Shown here: one piece after another, positions 36,275-45,183 of the stretch
How positions within the stretch are numbered: the first letter of the stretch is position 1
How the letters are laid out: each line of letters starts with the position of its first letter
Assembly: GCA_041600755.1 (NCBI GenBank)
Contig: JBFIJL010000001.1
Coordinates: 186,896-250,895 of the forward strand
Direction of reading: 5' to 3'
Length of the DNA: 64,000 nucleotides
Source of the DNA: Candidatus Saccharimonadales bacterium
GTDB taxonomy: Bacteria > Patescibacteriota > Saccharimonadia > Saccharimonadales > JAXHNE01
The notes under the pieces: model-generated
Database searches by the model: none
What the model saw: only the letters and a program-made list of their open reading frames with translations
What the model was told of the DNA's origin: nothing
Position numbers and translations under genes: made by a program

Positions 36275-38206
36275 TTAGCTGTTCTTTTTTGATCCATTGT
36301 CTAGCCTAGCGCTTGCAATATCTCTTCTGAAGCTAGGGTGATAGAATGGATCGTTCTTGATGAGACTTCCCCACTTTTTTATCATCATTTTAATTTCTTT
36401 ATCAAACTCTCCAATATCCCTAACCTTTGAGCCTGGTTGCCCGACAGAGACAGATTCGTGATGGTACAGCTTTACGTGCGGCAGGTATACATTCCTGAAT
36501 CCTTTGTCGTATATCTTCAGGCAAAGGTCTACGTCATTAAAGGCAATCCTAAATTTGTCGTCAAAGCCCTTAACACTATTAAACTTTCCCTTTTCGACCA
36601 TCACACATGCCGCCGTCACTGCCGTAAAGTTTCTCGTGCCACCTACGTATAACTGCTGCGCTGGATCCTGAGGCGGTTCATCGATAAATACTGGGAAGTA
36701 GTGTCCTGCTATCCCTGGTGTATCATTCATGCCCCCAACACCCAATATTACACCGCCATGTTGGAGCTTGTTATCGGGGTAGAGTAACTTGCACCCAACT
36801 GTTCCAATTTCTTCCTGTTGTGCATACGCTAACATGTCCTCAATCCATGAAGGACTTATTACTTCCGTATCATTATTTAAAAACAAGAGATATTCACCTG
36901 TTGAATCCTTAGCTCCATAGTTACACACCGCTGAAAAATTGAATGTTTTCTTCCACTTCAATAGCTTGAAATCAGGAAATATGCTTTTATATTCTTCGTA
37001 TAAGTCCCACACCTTTTCATCGGTTGACCCAGTATCAACAACAATCAGTTCAAAATTCTTGTAAGTGGTAAATTCTTTTATCGATTCTAGACATCTCTTG
37101 ATGTACTCGTATTGATTTTTTGTGGGGATAATAATCGATACTTTGTAGTTCTTCTTTAGTTTGTAGTCAACCCTCCACATAGAAAACGGGATCTGCCATT
37201 CTATTTTAGCCTTGTAGCCCCTTTGTTCAACGTCATCTTGGAGAGCTTTCTTTTGATTTACGTATGCGTAGTCTTTGGCAGAAGGCTGCGATGCGGTGGA
37301 TGTTTCGGATTTTCGCCAACTATACAAAACCTTTGGTATATGATGAATCTTCTGGGTCAAACGACTAACTCTCAGAAAAAGATCCCAATCTTGAGCACCT
37401 TCGTAGCCTGGACGAAATCTGCCTGCTTTTTCGACAATGGTTCTCCGAATAACTGCAAAATGTGTAATGTAGTTAATGGACCGAAGGAATTCTGGGCTCC
37501 AGTCGGGCTTGAAGAATGGATCAACATGCTTACCCTCCTCATCAATTTTGTCTTCGTCAGAGTAAATGAAGTCAGGACTGGCTTCGTTAATTACTTTCAC
37601 TGCCTCGTATAGCGCGTTCGGCCAAAGCACGTCATCGTGGTCCAGTAATGCTATGAACTCTCCTTTTGCTAAATCCAATGCAGAATTGGTAGCGTGACAT
37701 ATATGCCCGTTTTTATCGCGTACAACAAAATCGATGCGCTTATCTTGTTTTGCAAATCTTTTAATTGTCTTGATAACGCTTGGGTCTGTAGAGGCATCGT
37801 CTGCAATGCACAGTTGCCAGTTGTCGTAAGTTTGGTCAATGACCGATTGGATACATTCCGCCAGATAATCGCTATCAGTATTGTATGTCGGCACCAAAAC
37901 ACTCAACAATGGCTTATTTTTCAATTTAGCAACTTCTGTTTTTTGCTTTGCTAACAAATAATTGCTTGGGTAATTGCTCTTTATCCAAGTCTCATATTCA
38001 GCCTTTCGGACAGCAACCGCCGAAGCGGCCGTCATTACCGAATCCACCTTTTTTAGCAATCTAGAATATATTGGTATCTTGGCTGTATACCTATTGATAA
38101 ACACTCTTTTGCCTAGCAGTTGGGTGTGCATCAGCCGGATAGCATGCCCTGCAAAAGGTTTAAGAATTTTTTTAAGAGCGCTCTTTGTTCTGATTTTTAG
38201 ACTCAT
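36275..38206 (-). CDS. bifunctional glycosyltransferase with two GT2 domains
   Basis: LSVLVPTYNTDSDYLAECIQSVIDQTY...ADDASTD and VSIIIPTKNQYEYIKRCLESI...VVDTGSTD...FLNNDTE. Start uncertain: ATG 38206 chosen; in-frame ATGs lie up to 38311. Confidence 0.8.
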   Translation of the reverse strand: MSLKIRTKSALKKILKPFAGHAIRLMHTQLLGKRVFINRYTAKIPIYSRLLKKVDSVMTAASAVAVRKAEYETWIKSNYPSNYLLAKQKTEVAKLKNKPLLSVLVPTYNTDSDYLAECIQSVIDQTYDNWQLCIADDASTDPSVIKTIKRFAKQDKRIDFVVRDKNGHICHATNSALDLAKGEFIALLDHDDVLWPNALYEAVKVINEASPDFIYSDEDKIDEEGKHVDPFFKPDWSPEFLRSINYITHFAVIRRTIVEKAGRFRPGYEGAQDWDLFLRVSRLTQKIHHIPKVLYSWRKSETSTASQPSAKDYAYVNQKKALQDDVEQRGYKAKIEWQIPFSMWRVDYKLKKNYKVSIIIPTKNQYEYIKRCLESIKEFTTYKNFELIVVDTGSTDEKVWDLYEEYKSIFPDFKLLKWKKTFNFSAVCNYGAKDSTGEYLLFLNNDTEVISPSWIEDMLAYAQQEEIGTVGCKLLYPDNKLQHGGVILGVGGMNDTPGIAGHYFPVFIDEPPQDPAQQLYVGGTRNFTAVTAACVMVEKGKFNSVKGFDDKFRIAFNDVDLCLKIYDKGFRNVYLPHVKLYHHESVSVGQPGSKVRDIGEFDKEIKMMIKKWGSLIKNDPFYHPSFRRDIASARLDNGSKKNS

Positions 38207-38341
38207 ATCTCTGAGTGACCTCTCTCCATAAATTATTGCACAATTACACTTTCTAATTTGCATGCGCCATGTATTTGAATTTACGTACATAACGCACGCA
38301 TGGTCGCCCATGCAAAGATGAATTTAAACGGTATTTATCAC

Positions 38342-38374
38342 ACAGTATTATACTGTATCCTACAAAAGACACAA
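38342..38374 (-). promoter_or_regulatory. candidate sigma70-type promoter with palindrome over the -10
   Basis: Minus-strand TTGTGT (38369-38374), 16 nt, TATAAT (38347-38352). The perfect 7-1-7 palindrome ACAGTAT-A-ATACTGT (38342-38356) contains the -10. Confidence 0.35.
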
Positions 38375-38379
38375 TTGCA

Positions 38380-39270
38380 TCAGCGCCGAACTCTTGCCAG
38401 TAAGGCTCTTTTAAACGCCCTCATTGCTTTGGCTGCTCTGAATAATTTCATATTTGTTATCGCATTTAGTTTTTCACTTAACTCTGCATTTTGGTTCATG
38501 AGGTGCTGGTTGTTCAGCTTAGCTTCACGCAACTCCAATAACCGATTTGCAATAACTGACATGTAGTTCATTGTAGATGGATGAGATTTTATGTGTTTAA
38601 GTAAAATATATCTGTTGGCATCTAACTCTTTGACCGTTCCATTTAGCTTATCAGATCTACTAAGCCTGTCGTCGTGAATTCTATAACTCAAGCTCGTTCC
38701 AGATACCGGAACAGCCTTGGCGCCATCCAGACACATTGAAAGAAATATATCCCAATCTTCATAACCAATCCCACTTAGGTTTTTATCGTATGCGTACTGT
38801 TTTAGTGTTTTTGATCGCACCAATGCGCTAGAGTGGATGTAGTTGTGAATTTTCAACTTCTCAAGATTGAAGTCGGACAACTTGATGATTACTTCTTTGG
38901 TTTTTAGGTTAACAGCCTGGGTGTAGCATATGTCAGCCTTATGACTTATCATCTCCCCGACAAGACTTTTCAAATATCCCTTTGGAATAGTGTCGTCAGC
39001 ATCTAGTTGTAGTATGAAGTCGCCACGAGCAGCCTCGATGCCTTTGTTTCTCGTATATACTATACCCTTGTTTTTTTGATTAATTATTGAGAAGTTACTC
39101 GTAGCCTGTTTATTCGTAATGGAAGAAAGGCTGTTGTCGGTTGAGCCGTCGTTTATAACAATCAGCTCAACATTCTTATAAGATTGTTGCAGAACTGAAT
39201 CGATCGCCTCACCCACATAGTTAGCGTAGTTATAGCATGGTATTATTACAGTTACTAATGGGTTCTTCAT
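38380..39270 (-). CDS. glycosyltransferase family 2 with C-terminal coiled-coil
   Basis: ATG at 39270 (MKNPLVTVIIPCYNYANYVGEAIDSVLQQSY...VINDGSTDNS...QLDADD). The C-terminal approx. 60 aa are heptad-like (LLELREAKLNNQHLMNQNAELSEKLNAI). The tracked extension to 39684 is rejected. Confidence 0.8.
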   Translation of the reverse strand: MKNPLVTVIIPCYNYANYVGEAIDSVLQQSYKNVELIVINDGSTDNSLSSITNKQATSNFSIINQKNKGIVYTRNKGIEAARGDFILQLDADDTIPKGYLKSLVGEMISHKADICYTQAVNLKTKEVIIKLSDFNLEKLKIHNYIHSSALVRSKTLKQYAYDKNLSGIGYEDWDIFLSMCLDGAKAVPVSGTSLSYRIHDDRLSRSDKLNGTVKELDANRYILLKHIKSHPSTMNYMSVIANRLLELREAKLNNQHLMNQNAELSEKLNAITNMKLFRAAKAMRAFKRALLARVRR

Positions 39271-40072
39271 GAATATAAAACAATTATACCGCAGAATGTT
39301 TAAAAGGCGCCTAAAGGTATATTGGTGGAGGTACGAATACCCTCGTAAAATGAATTTTGGCGATGAAATTACCCCATTGCTTATTGAACGACTTTTTGGA
39401 CTGCGGTGCGTATGGTATCCCCCTGATACATGCGATCTAGCTGGGGCTGGTTCAATACTAGAAATACTGGATAGAGAATCTGGTAACAACGAGATCAAGG
39501 TTTGGGGAAGCGGATTCATTAAAGACGGTGCACCATTGAAAAGCAAGAACCTTGTTTTCCATGCGGCAAGGGGCAAGATGACACAAGACAGGATTGCAGG
39601 CGACTCAATTGGTCTTGGTGATCCTGGAATTCTAATGAGTAGAGCTTTCCCGATGGTGAAAAAACCAAAGTTTCGAATTGGCATAATTCCCCACTACATT
39701 GATGCCGACCATGAAAAGATTCTAAGCTTAAGAGGCAATGCTAATATTCTAATAATTGATGCTCTCGGACACCCGTTAAATGTTGCGAAACAGATAAACT
39801 CCTGTGAGCTCATACTCTCCTCTAGTTTGCACGGCTTAATATTCAGTGACAGTTATGGTGTTCCGAATTGTCGAATAAAACTATCCGATAAGCTGACTGG
39901 AGGGGACTATAAGTTCAACGACTACTATTCTGTGTTTAATAAAAAGAGTGTGCTTTTTGATATGACAAAAATAAAAGACCGTGGCTATGTCCAGCTACAT
40001 ATCAAAAACTATACAAAACCAGCCAACCTTAGCCATGCGCAAGATGAGCTTGTTTACCACTTTCCATACTAG
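39269..40072 (+). CDS. polysaccharide pyruvyl transferase family protein
   Basis: YPRKMNFGDEITPLLIERLFG N-terminus and ILSSSLHGLIFSDSYGVPN C-terminal motif. ATG 39269 (ATG 39296 is an alternative). Confidence 0.7.
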   Translation: MNIKQLYRRMFKRRLKVYWWRYEYPRKMNFGDEITPLLIERLFGLRCVWYPPDTCDLAGAGSILEILDRESGNNEIKVWGSGFIKDGAPLKSKNLVFHAARGKMTQDRIAGDSIGLGDPGILMSRAFPMVKKPKFRIGIIPHYIDADHEKILSLRGNANILIIDALGHPLNVAKQINSCELILSSSLHGLIFSDSYGVPNCRIKLSDKLTGGDYKFNDYYSVFNKKSVLFDMTKIKDRGYVQLHIKNYTKPANLSHAQDELVYHFPY

Positions 40073-40929
40073 TCGCTCGTTCGTATCATCATTAACAAAC
40101 CACTAATCCAGACCCTGGGCGCTATTCTCTTAAGTTTTTTGCGCCATATTCTAGTGTAAGGATTGAACATGTTGTGCTTTTGGTTTTTGTGTTTGTAAGG
40201 GCGCTTTTTCCAGGGCTTATCGAGCGAGAAATGAAAAAACACCAGGCTATCTACAGGATAGCACCATTCGTTAAACTGCAGTACAAAATTATACTGCGGC
40301 GGTAGATAGACAATCTCTTTCTCCGCTAAGTGCACGTACTGAAAAAGTGAAAATAAACTGTCGTCACCCTTCCGCGGGACACCCTTCTTTAAACTCTCTT
40401 TAAACAAGTGGCCCGTCTTGGATAGAAGACCAATTTCCTTCATTTTCTCATTATTAAAATATACGACTCCCGCGTTAATTCTTCTCCTGTTTGCAATATC
40501 CTGATTGAGATTCCATATTTTTTTTATCTGCCTCCAATCATTACCAAAAATTGCAGAATAGTCGTCGTTCACGCTAGTACTCACCACTCCAGCGATACTT
40601 CTAACCGCAGGTAAACCCTTTAGTGGATTGGAAGTGCACAGTATGTCCCCGTCAATGTATACCGACTTGCTATATCCCTTTTTTAAAAACAGCTCGGGCC
40701 CTGCGAATATGTAATAGCAATCTATAGGGTAGTCCCAGGATCTTGTAAATTTTTCGCTGAGGTCTAGCTCACAAAATTCGATCTTATTTTTGTTAAGTAT
40801 TTTTTTGTCGTATTCTGATAATCCAGAGCTTAATACGCATAAACTAGCATTGGGAATCTGATCCCTCACAGTTAACAGAGATATGGCAGCATATATGGCA
40901 TAGCCTGCATTTGCTGTGGAGTAGAACAT
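40069..40929 (-). CDS. glycosyltransferase family 8-like
   Basis: VYIDGDILC (DxD) and INAGVVYFNNEKM motifs. ATG 40929 chosen; TTG 40977 is also possible. Confidence 0.6.
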   Translation of the reverse strand: MFYSTANAGYAIYAAISLLTVRDQIPNASLCVLSSGLSEYDKKILNKNKIEFCELDLSEKFTRSWDYPIDCYYIFAGPELFLKKGYSKSVYIDGDILCTSNPLKGLPAVRSIAGVVSTSVNDDYSAIFGNDWRQIKKIWNLNQDIANRRRINAGVVYFNNEKMKEIGLLSKTGHLFKESLKKGVPRKGDDSLFSLFQYVHLAEKEIVYLPPQYNFVLQFNEWCYPVDSLVFFHFSLDKPWKKRPYKHKNQKHNMFNPYTRIWRKKLKRIAPRVWISGLLMMIRTSD

Positions 40930-40995
40930 AGTGTCTTCAGCATGAAAGCTATTTTTAGTCACTGCTTCTGCCTCCAATCCACAATAATGAGCACA

Positions 40996-41634
40996 TTAAG
41001 GAGTAGCAACGATCGCATAAAAGTGCGTATTATCCCACCGGTTTGCTTCAGCTGGATAGATGTCCACTACCTCATCAGTATTAAATCCCACTGACCGTAG
41101 AGTTCTGAGCTCTTTATCCAGGTGCCTATACTGTGAATAATACGCTTTGTTTAGCTCTTCTGAGACACCAGACACATTAACATCCTCTTTTACGCCAAAC
41201 TGATTCTTTATTATTAGCCTACCTGTTGGCTTAAGGCAATCTTTATATTTAACGTAGAGGTTTCTAATTTCATCCTCATTGAAGTACTGAACTATTCCAA
41301 ACATCAATACTAAATCATACTTTTTACTAGGAGTGAAGGCTGTGATACTTTCGTTATAAATACTTATGTTGCGTGACTTGGGAATAAATTTTGTGAATTC
41401 AGGAAACACTTCCACTGCGTCTATATGGCCAATCTTCTCAAAGTACTTACTTATGGCCATCCCCGTGCCGCTTGCTAGATCCAGAATCTCACTATTTTTG
41501 TTTGCATACTGCATAATAAACTCTGCATCAACAGTAGTGTAGTCGTTTTGCGGATTAACCTTGGCAGTTTTTTCATTAGGGTTGCTGTCCGCCATGTCTT
41601 GCCAATATTGTATCGCCTGGCTGTGATCCATCAT
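40996..41634 (-). CDS. class I SAM-dependent methyltransferase
   Basis: AGGAG SD then ATG 41634. Motif I ILDLASGTGMAISKY, post-I DAVEV, motif II/III DLVLMFGIVQYF...LKPTGRLII. Confidence 0.8.
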   Translation of the reverse strand: MMDHSQAIQYWQDMADSNPNEKTAKVNPQNDYTTVDAEFIMQYANKNSEILDLASGTGMAISKYFEKIGHIDAVEVFPEFTKFIPKSRNISIYNESITAFTPSKKYDLVLMFGIVQYFNEDEIRNLYVKYKDCLKPTGRLIIKNQFGVKEDVNVSGVSEELNKAYYSQYRHLDKELRTLRSVGFNTDEVVDIYPAEANRWDNTHFYAIVATP

Positions 41635-41659
41635 CTCTCCTGTTATCGTACTATTTCGT

Positions 41660-42085
41660 TTATGCAACTTTTAAATCATCTGCGATACTGACCTTGATTG
41701 CAGACGATGATATTCCTTCGGTACGTCTTGTTACAATAACCTCTTTATTATTGTCTATGCACCATTTCTCAAACTTCTGAATGCTTGGGCTGGTATGCTC
41801 GGGGGCTCTTGCGAAAACATCAAACACCGCTTTTCCTATAAATTCGCCCACCGTGTCGTAAACCACCACCTCGTCAATATACTTGTTTGCTTCTAGCATT
41901 TCTTTTCGCTCCTCAGTATTATACAGTATCTTTGTGTCGGGCTTTTGGCTCAATGTATAGTCACCGTTCTGTACTGCAACAATCAAACGGCACGGCTCAC
42001 CTACTGCGTGTCGAATCTGCTTAAAAAGACGTAAGTGACCAAGATGGTAAAAGTCAAATACGCCAAATGTTATCACTGTTCTCAT
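41660..42085 (-). CDS. cytidylyltransferase (glycerol-3-phosphate/phospho-alcohol cytidylyltransferase family)
   Basis: ATG 42085. VITFGVFDFYHLGHLRLFKQ (HxGH), about 141 aa, TagD-like size. Confidence 0.75.
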   Translation of the reverse strand: MRTVITFGVFDFYHLGHLRLFKQIRHAVGEPCRLIVAVQNGDYTLSQKPDTKILYNTEERKEMLEANKYIDEVVVYDTVGEFIGKAVFDVFARAPEHTSPSIQKFEKWCIDNNKEVIVTRRTEGISSSAIKVSIADDLKVA

Positions 42086-42098
42086 TATTGTAATTATA

Positions 42099-42713
42099 TC
42101 ACAAGGGGTGTTTTGCAATAATGTCTGTTAACAATTTTATTAGTTCTTTTTCCTCGTAAATCACATGGTCCGCCGCAGATAAGCAAAACTTGGATGGCTT
42201 GTGTGACGCACCGAACGCTATGGCTACATCTGCCTTGCGCATTGCCTGAACATCATTATTGCTGTCTCCAACAAAAACTACAGTGTGCCCATCATTTTGC
42301 AACATCTCAACTACATCAGCTTTTTCTAATATGCTGGTAATTTCTAGCACTTCATTGTCGTTTACAATTGCCTTGCTCGAGTAGTATTTACAGCCAATCT
42401 TATTGCTTAGCCCATCCACCCAACAATCAAGATTTCCGGTAGCAATATAGCAATTGTCTCTATTTTCTTGAATAAATTTTACTAGCTTAAGGTGTGTCGG
42501 GGTCTTCTCTAGTAAAATGTCAATTTCATCCACTGGAACGTGCTTCAATAAACCAACCCTACGAACAAACGAGCGCCTCCATGGCAGCTTGCCTGCTACC
42601 GTATCTTTCGTTAATTGCGTCAACTCTTCATGAATTTTAAAGTTTTTGGCAATAATAGGCAAAGTCTCGACAGAGGTTATTGTGCCGTCTAGATCAAATA
42701 CAAATTTCATCAT
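42099..42713 (-). CDS. HAD-superfamily phosphatase (subfamily IB/PSP-like)
   Basis: FVFDLDGTIT motif I and VFVGDSNNDVQAMRKADV motif IV. ATGA overlap with the upstream gene. Confidence 0.7.
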   Translation of the reverse strand: MMKFVFDLDGTITSVETLPIIAKNFKIHEELTQLTKDTVAGKLPWRRSFVRRVGLLKHVPVDEIDILLEKTPTHLKLVKFIQENRDNCYIATGNLDCWVDGLSNKIGCKYYSSKAIVNDNEVLEITSILEKADVVEMLQNDGHTVVFVGDSNNDVQAMRKADVAIAFGASHKPSKFCLSAADHVIYEEKELIKLLTDIIAKHPL

Positions 42714-43969
42714 GATGGATCGATACGCGTAATAGTTTTCCTTAGCTTTCTCTTAATGTTACCTGCCAATAATCGTATTGAGCGCTTGATGCCAAGGAAG
42801 GAGTTTAGTTCGTTGGTCATAAAGGTGACCTTTCCGATTAGGGTTTGTTTTTCGATTCTCAAGCGTTCTGACTCGTTTTTATAACCCCAAAACTCACTCG
42901 ACATCAGGTTATGCATTGCAACATACTCTTGGTCGACTTTATCTTCTAGATACAAACTAATAATCCTCATCCAACTGTCTACTGCCCTGGATGTGAAATC
43001 TTGCCGAAAAATCTTCTTTGATAATTCTTTCTGTGTATGAAGGTATTGTGACGATAACGCTTCGGGGACTTGCTTTACTAGAGCACTGGCTGTTTTTGAT
43101 AACGACACATAGCCTTCGTCGACATACTTTGCGCATCCACTTTTTACACCCGGAACATCAAATTTGTTGATGTTCTTCGAGTATATCGTGACAGGCACTC
43201 CTACATACAGTGCGTCAAAAACAGCACCTGAAATATCACTAATAACTAAATCAGTTCGCGCCAGAAGACCTTTTAGTGAAGCTTCTCCATCATAGAACTC
43301 ATCAGCTATTTTTTGTATTTCTATTTTTACATTTTTAACAGATTTAGGTATTTTTGCCCCAAAATCCCCATAAGGGTGTAATTTCACAATTATTGTATAG
43401 TTCTTCTTCAGTTTAGCTACAGCCGATACAATCCAGCTCAAGTCATTTTGCCCCTCCCAGGATGGAAGGAAAAGAATTGTTTTCTTTTTTGATTGTGTCT
43501 TTATTTGACTCTTATAGCCTACGTACTTCAAGTCTGGCAATAAGTATGTTTTTGAAAAAACACTAAAAATATCCAAATCTCTTTGACTATGCAAAAAATA
43601 GCCATGGTAATGATTAAGTCTGTGAGCTTGATGGGTGAATATGGGCTTCACTGTATGGCTTGGACCATAGCTGTATTTTACATAGTACTTTGCTTCAATC
43701 CCTTGTTCATAATTCGGCGTAATTAATGCCAAGTGATATTTATTTTTTGAGGTCACTTCTCTTATTACGTTACTGAAACCATCCTTTGACACAATGTCGT
43801 GAGTTTTATTAAACATCGCATTTACATTCAGAGGGTTTCCTTTGTGCTTAGGAATGAATATATCGAAAGTTGTGTTGTTTTGTGCAAACTTTTCAAGAAT
43901 TGGCTTTATTGAATCATACTGTGCATCCGTTGCTATTTTTATGCAAACTTGTTTGTAGTACTTATTCAT
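42710..43969 (-). CDS. CDP-glycerol/CDP-alditol glycerophosphotransferase family (TagB/TagF-like) with C-terminal coiled-coil
   Basis: KKTILFLPSWEGQ..., IIVKLHPYG, LLARTDLVISDISGAVFDALYVGVPVTIYS resemble the TagF catalytic core. The last approx. 70 aa are heptad-like. Confidence 0.65.
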   Translation of the reverse strand: MNKYYKQVCIKIATDAQYDSIKPILEKFAQNNTTFDIFIPKHKGNPLNVNAMFNKTHDIVSKDGFSNVIREVTSKNKYHLALITPNYEQGIEAKYYVKYSYGPSHTVKPIFTHQAHRLNHYHGYFLHSQRDLDIFSVFSKTYLLPDLKYVGYKSQIKTQSKKKTILFLPSWEGQNDLSWIVSAVAKLKKNYTIIVKLHPYGDFGAKIPKSVKNVKIEIQKIADEFYDGEASLKGLLARTDLVISDISGAVFDALYVGVPVTIYSKNINKFDVPGVKSGCAKYVDEGYVSLSKTASALVKQVPEALSSQYLHTQKELSKKIFRQDFTSRAVDSWMRIISLYLEDKVDQEYVAMHNLMSSEFWGYKNESERLRIEKQTLIGKVTFMTNELNSFLGIKRSIRLLAGNIKRKLRKTITRIDPS

Positions 43970-45183
43970 TTTATCAATTCAAGTTTGCCTGTTGTTTTCA
44001 TAATGCCGGCAATTTTCGTGTTTTTCGGTATTTTGAAAATCAGCTCACTATTGTAGCCAAAATCTGCAACATTGTAATTTTTTTCTTCGTCTACCAGCAA
44101 TGCCACAATCCGACAATCACCCCAGTTATAACTCTTAAGGTCAAGCTCAAACATTAAGGTGTGTTCTTTTTTGTCATTCGTAATAATATTGTGATGAATT
44201 TTAGCGTTTGTTATCATGATGTTCGCGTTAGAATGTTGAACCACTATCTTGGCATAGACTGGACGTGAGTCGGTGTTCTTATATTTGACCTCGATGCTTA
44301 GTGTGTCTGTGCTTTTCAAGACAGGTGCACCTAATACTTTTGCGCTTATCCACGGGCTATTCAGTACACCTCTCTCGGACTTTTCTTTGTCATTACCGGA
44401 CTTCAAATTTTCCAACATATACTCATCAGCAACTTTGTCTGGGTTTCCAGCAACAACAACTTTGCCGCCTCTTATGAACATAGCTTTGCTACAGTGCTTG
44501 CGCACACTCTCCATGCTATGCGTCACCAATACTACTGTTTTAGTTTTGTCCTGCTTAATTTTTTCGAAATATTCTTCACATTTTCTCTGGAACGCCTCAT
44601 CGCCTACCGCTAAAACCTCATCTAATACCAGAATGTCGGTATTGGCTTGAATAGCAATGGAAAAGGCTAGGCGTACCTGCATGCCTGAAGAGTAGTTCTT
44701 AAGCTTCTGGTCCATGAATTTTTCAAGCTCTGCGAACGCCACTATCTCATTATATTTATTTTCCATCTCCTTACGGGTAAATCCCAGAAGTGCACCATTT
44801 AAGAAAACGTTTTCGCGCCCGGTTAGTTCTGGATTAAATCCAACGCCGAGTTCGATGAATGGAGTAAGCTTGCCGTTAATATGAATAGCGCCGCAGTCTT
44901 GAGAATATATCCCAGCCATGAGCTTAAGCAAAGTACTTTTGCCTCCGCCGTTGCGACCAACTATGCCAAAGAACTCTCCTTTTTTTACTTCAAAAGACAC
45001 GTCTTTAAGTACTTGTTGTTTTTCGTAAGTGCGCTTGTCTCGAAACATGTTCACAAACATCCCTTTAAGGCTTGATGTTTTTTCGTGGGGCAGCTTAAAC
45101 GCCTTACTAACCCCGCTAACTCTTATCGCGATATCTTTCGAGTCCACACCATGTTCATTATCTTGTAGTTTTTTGCTCTTCAT
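43966..45183 (-). CDS. polysaccharide/teichoic-acid export ABC ATPase (Wzt/TagH) with C-terminal approx. 150-aa beta-rich extension
   Basis: Walker A GRNGGGKST, signature YSSGMQVRL, Walker B ILVLDEVLAVGD. The extra C-terminal domain is VLNSPWISAKVLGAP...LELIK. Confidence 0.9.
   Translation of the reverse strand: MKSKKLQDNEHGVDSKDIAIRVSGVSKAFKLPHEKTSSLKGMFVNMFRDKRTYEKQQVLKDVSFEVKKGEFFGIVGRNGGGKSTLLKLMAGIYSQDCGAIHINGKLTPFIELGVGFNPELTGRENVFLNGALLGFTRKEMENKYNEIVAFAELEKFMDQKLKNYSSGMQVRLAFSIAIQANTDILVLDEVLAVGDEAFQRKCEEYFEKIKQDKTKTVVLVTHSMESVRKHCSKAMFIRGGKVVVAGNPDKVADEYMLENLKSGNDKEKSERGVLNSPWISAKVLGAPVLKSTDTLSIEVKYKNTDSRPVYAKIVVQHSNANIMITNAKIHHNIITNDKKEHTLMFELDLKSYNWGDCRIVALLVDEEKNYNVADFGYNSELIFKIPKNTKIAGIMKTTGKLELIK

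Noticed and set aside
38380-39684. Long N-terminal extensions of tracked ORFs (38380..39684, 26464..27375, 12184..13224, 5901..7709, 36..719, 11458..12336, 60937..62220)
   Set aside because: The extensions overlap neighbouring well-supported genes in other frames or strands and are Arg/Pro/Ser-rich junk. Internal ATGs with RBS or coupling junctions give canonical family N-termini.
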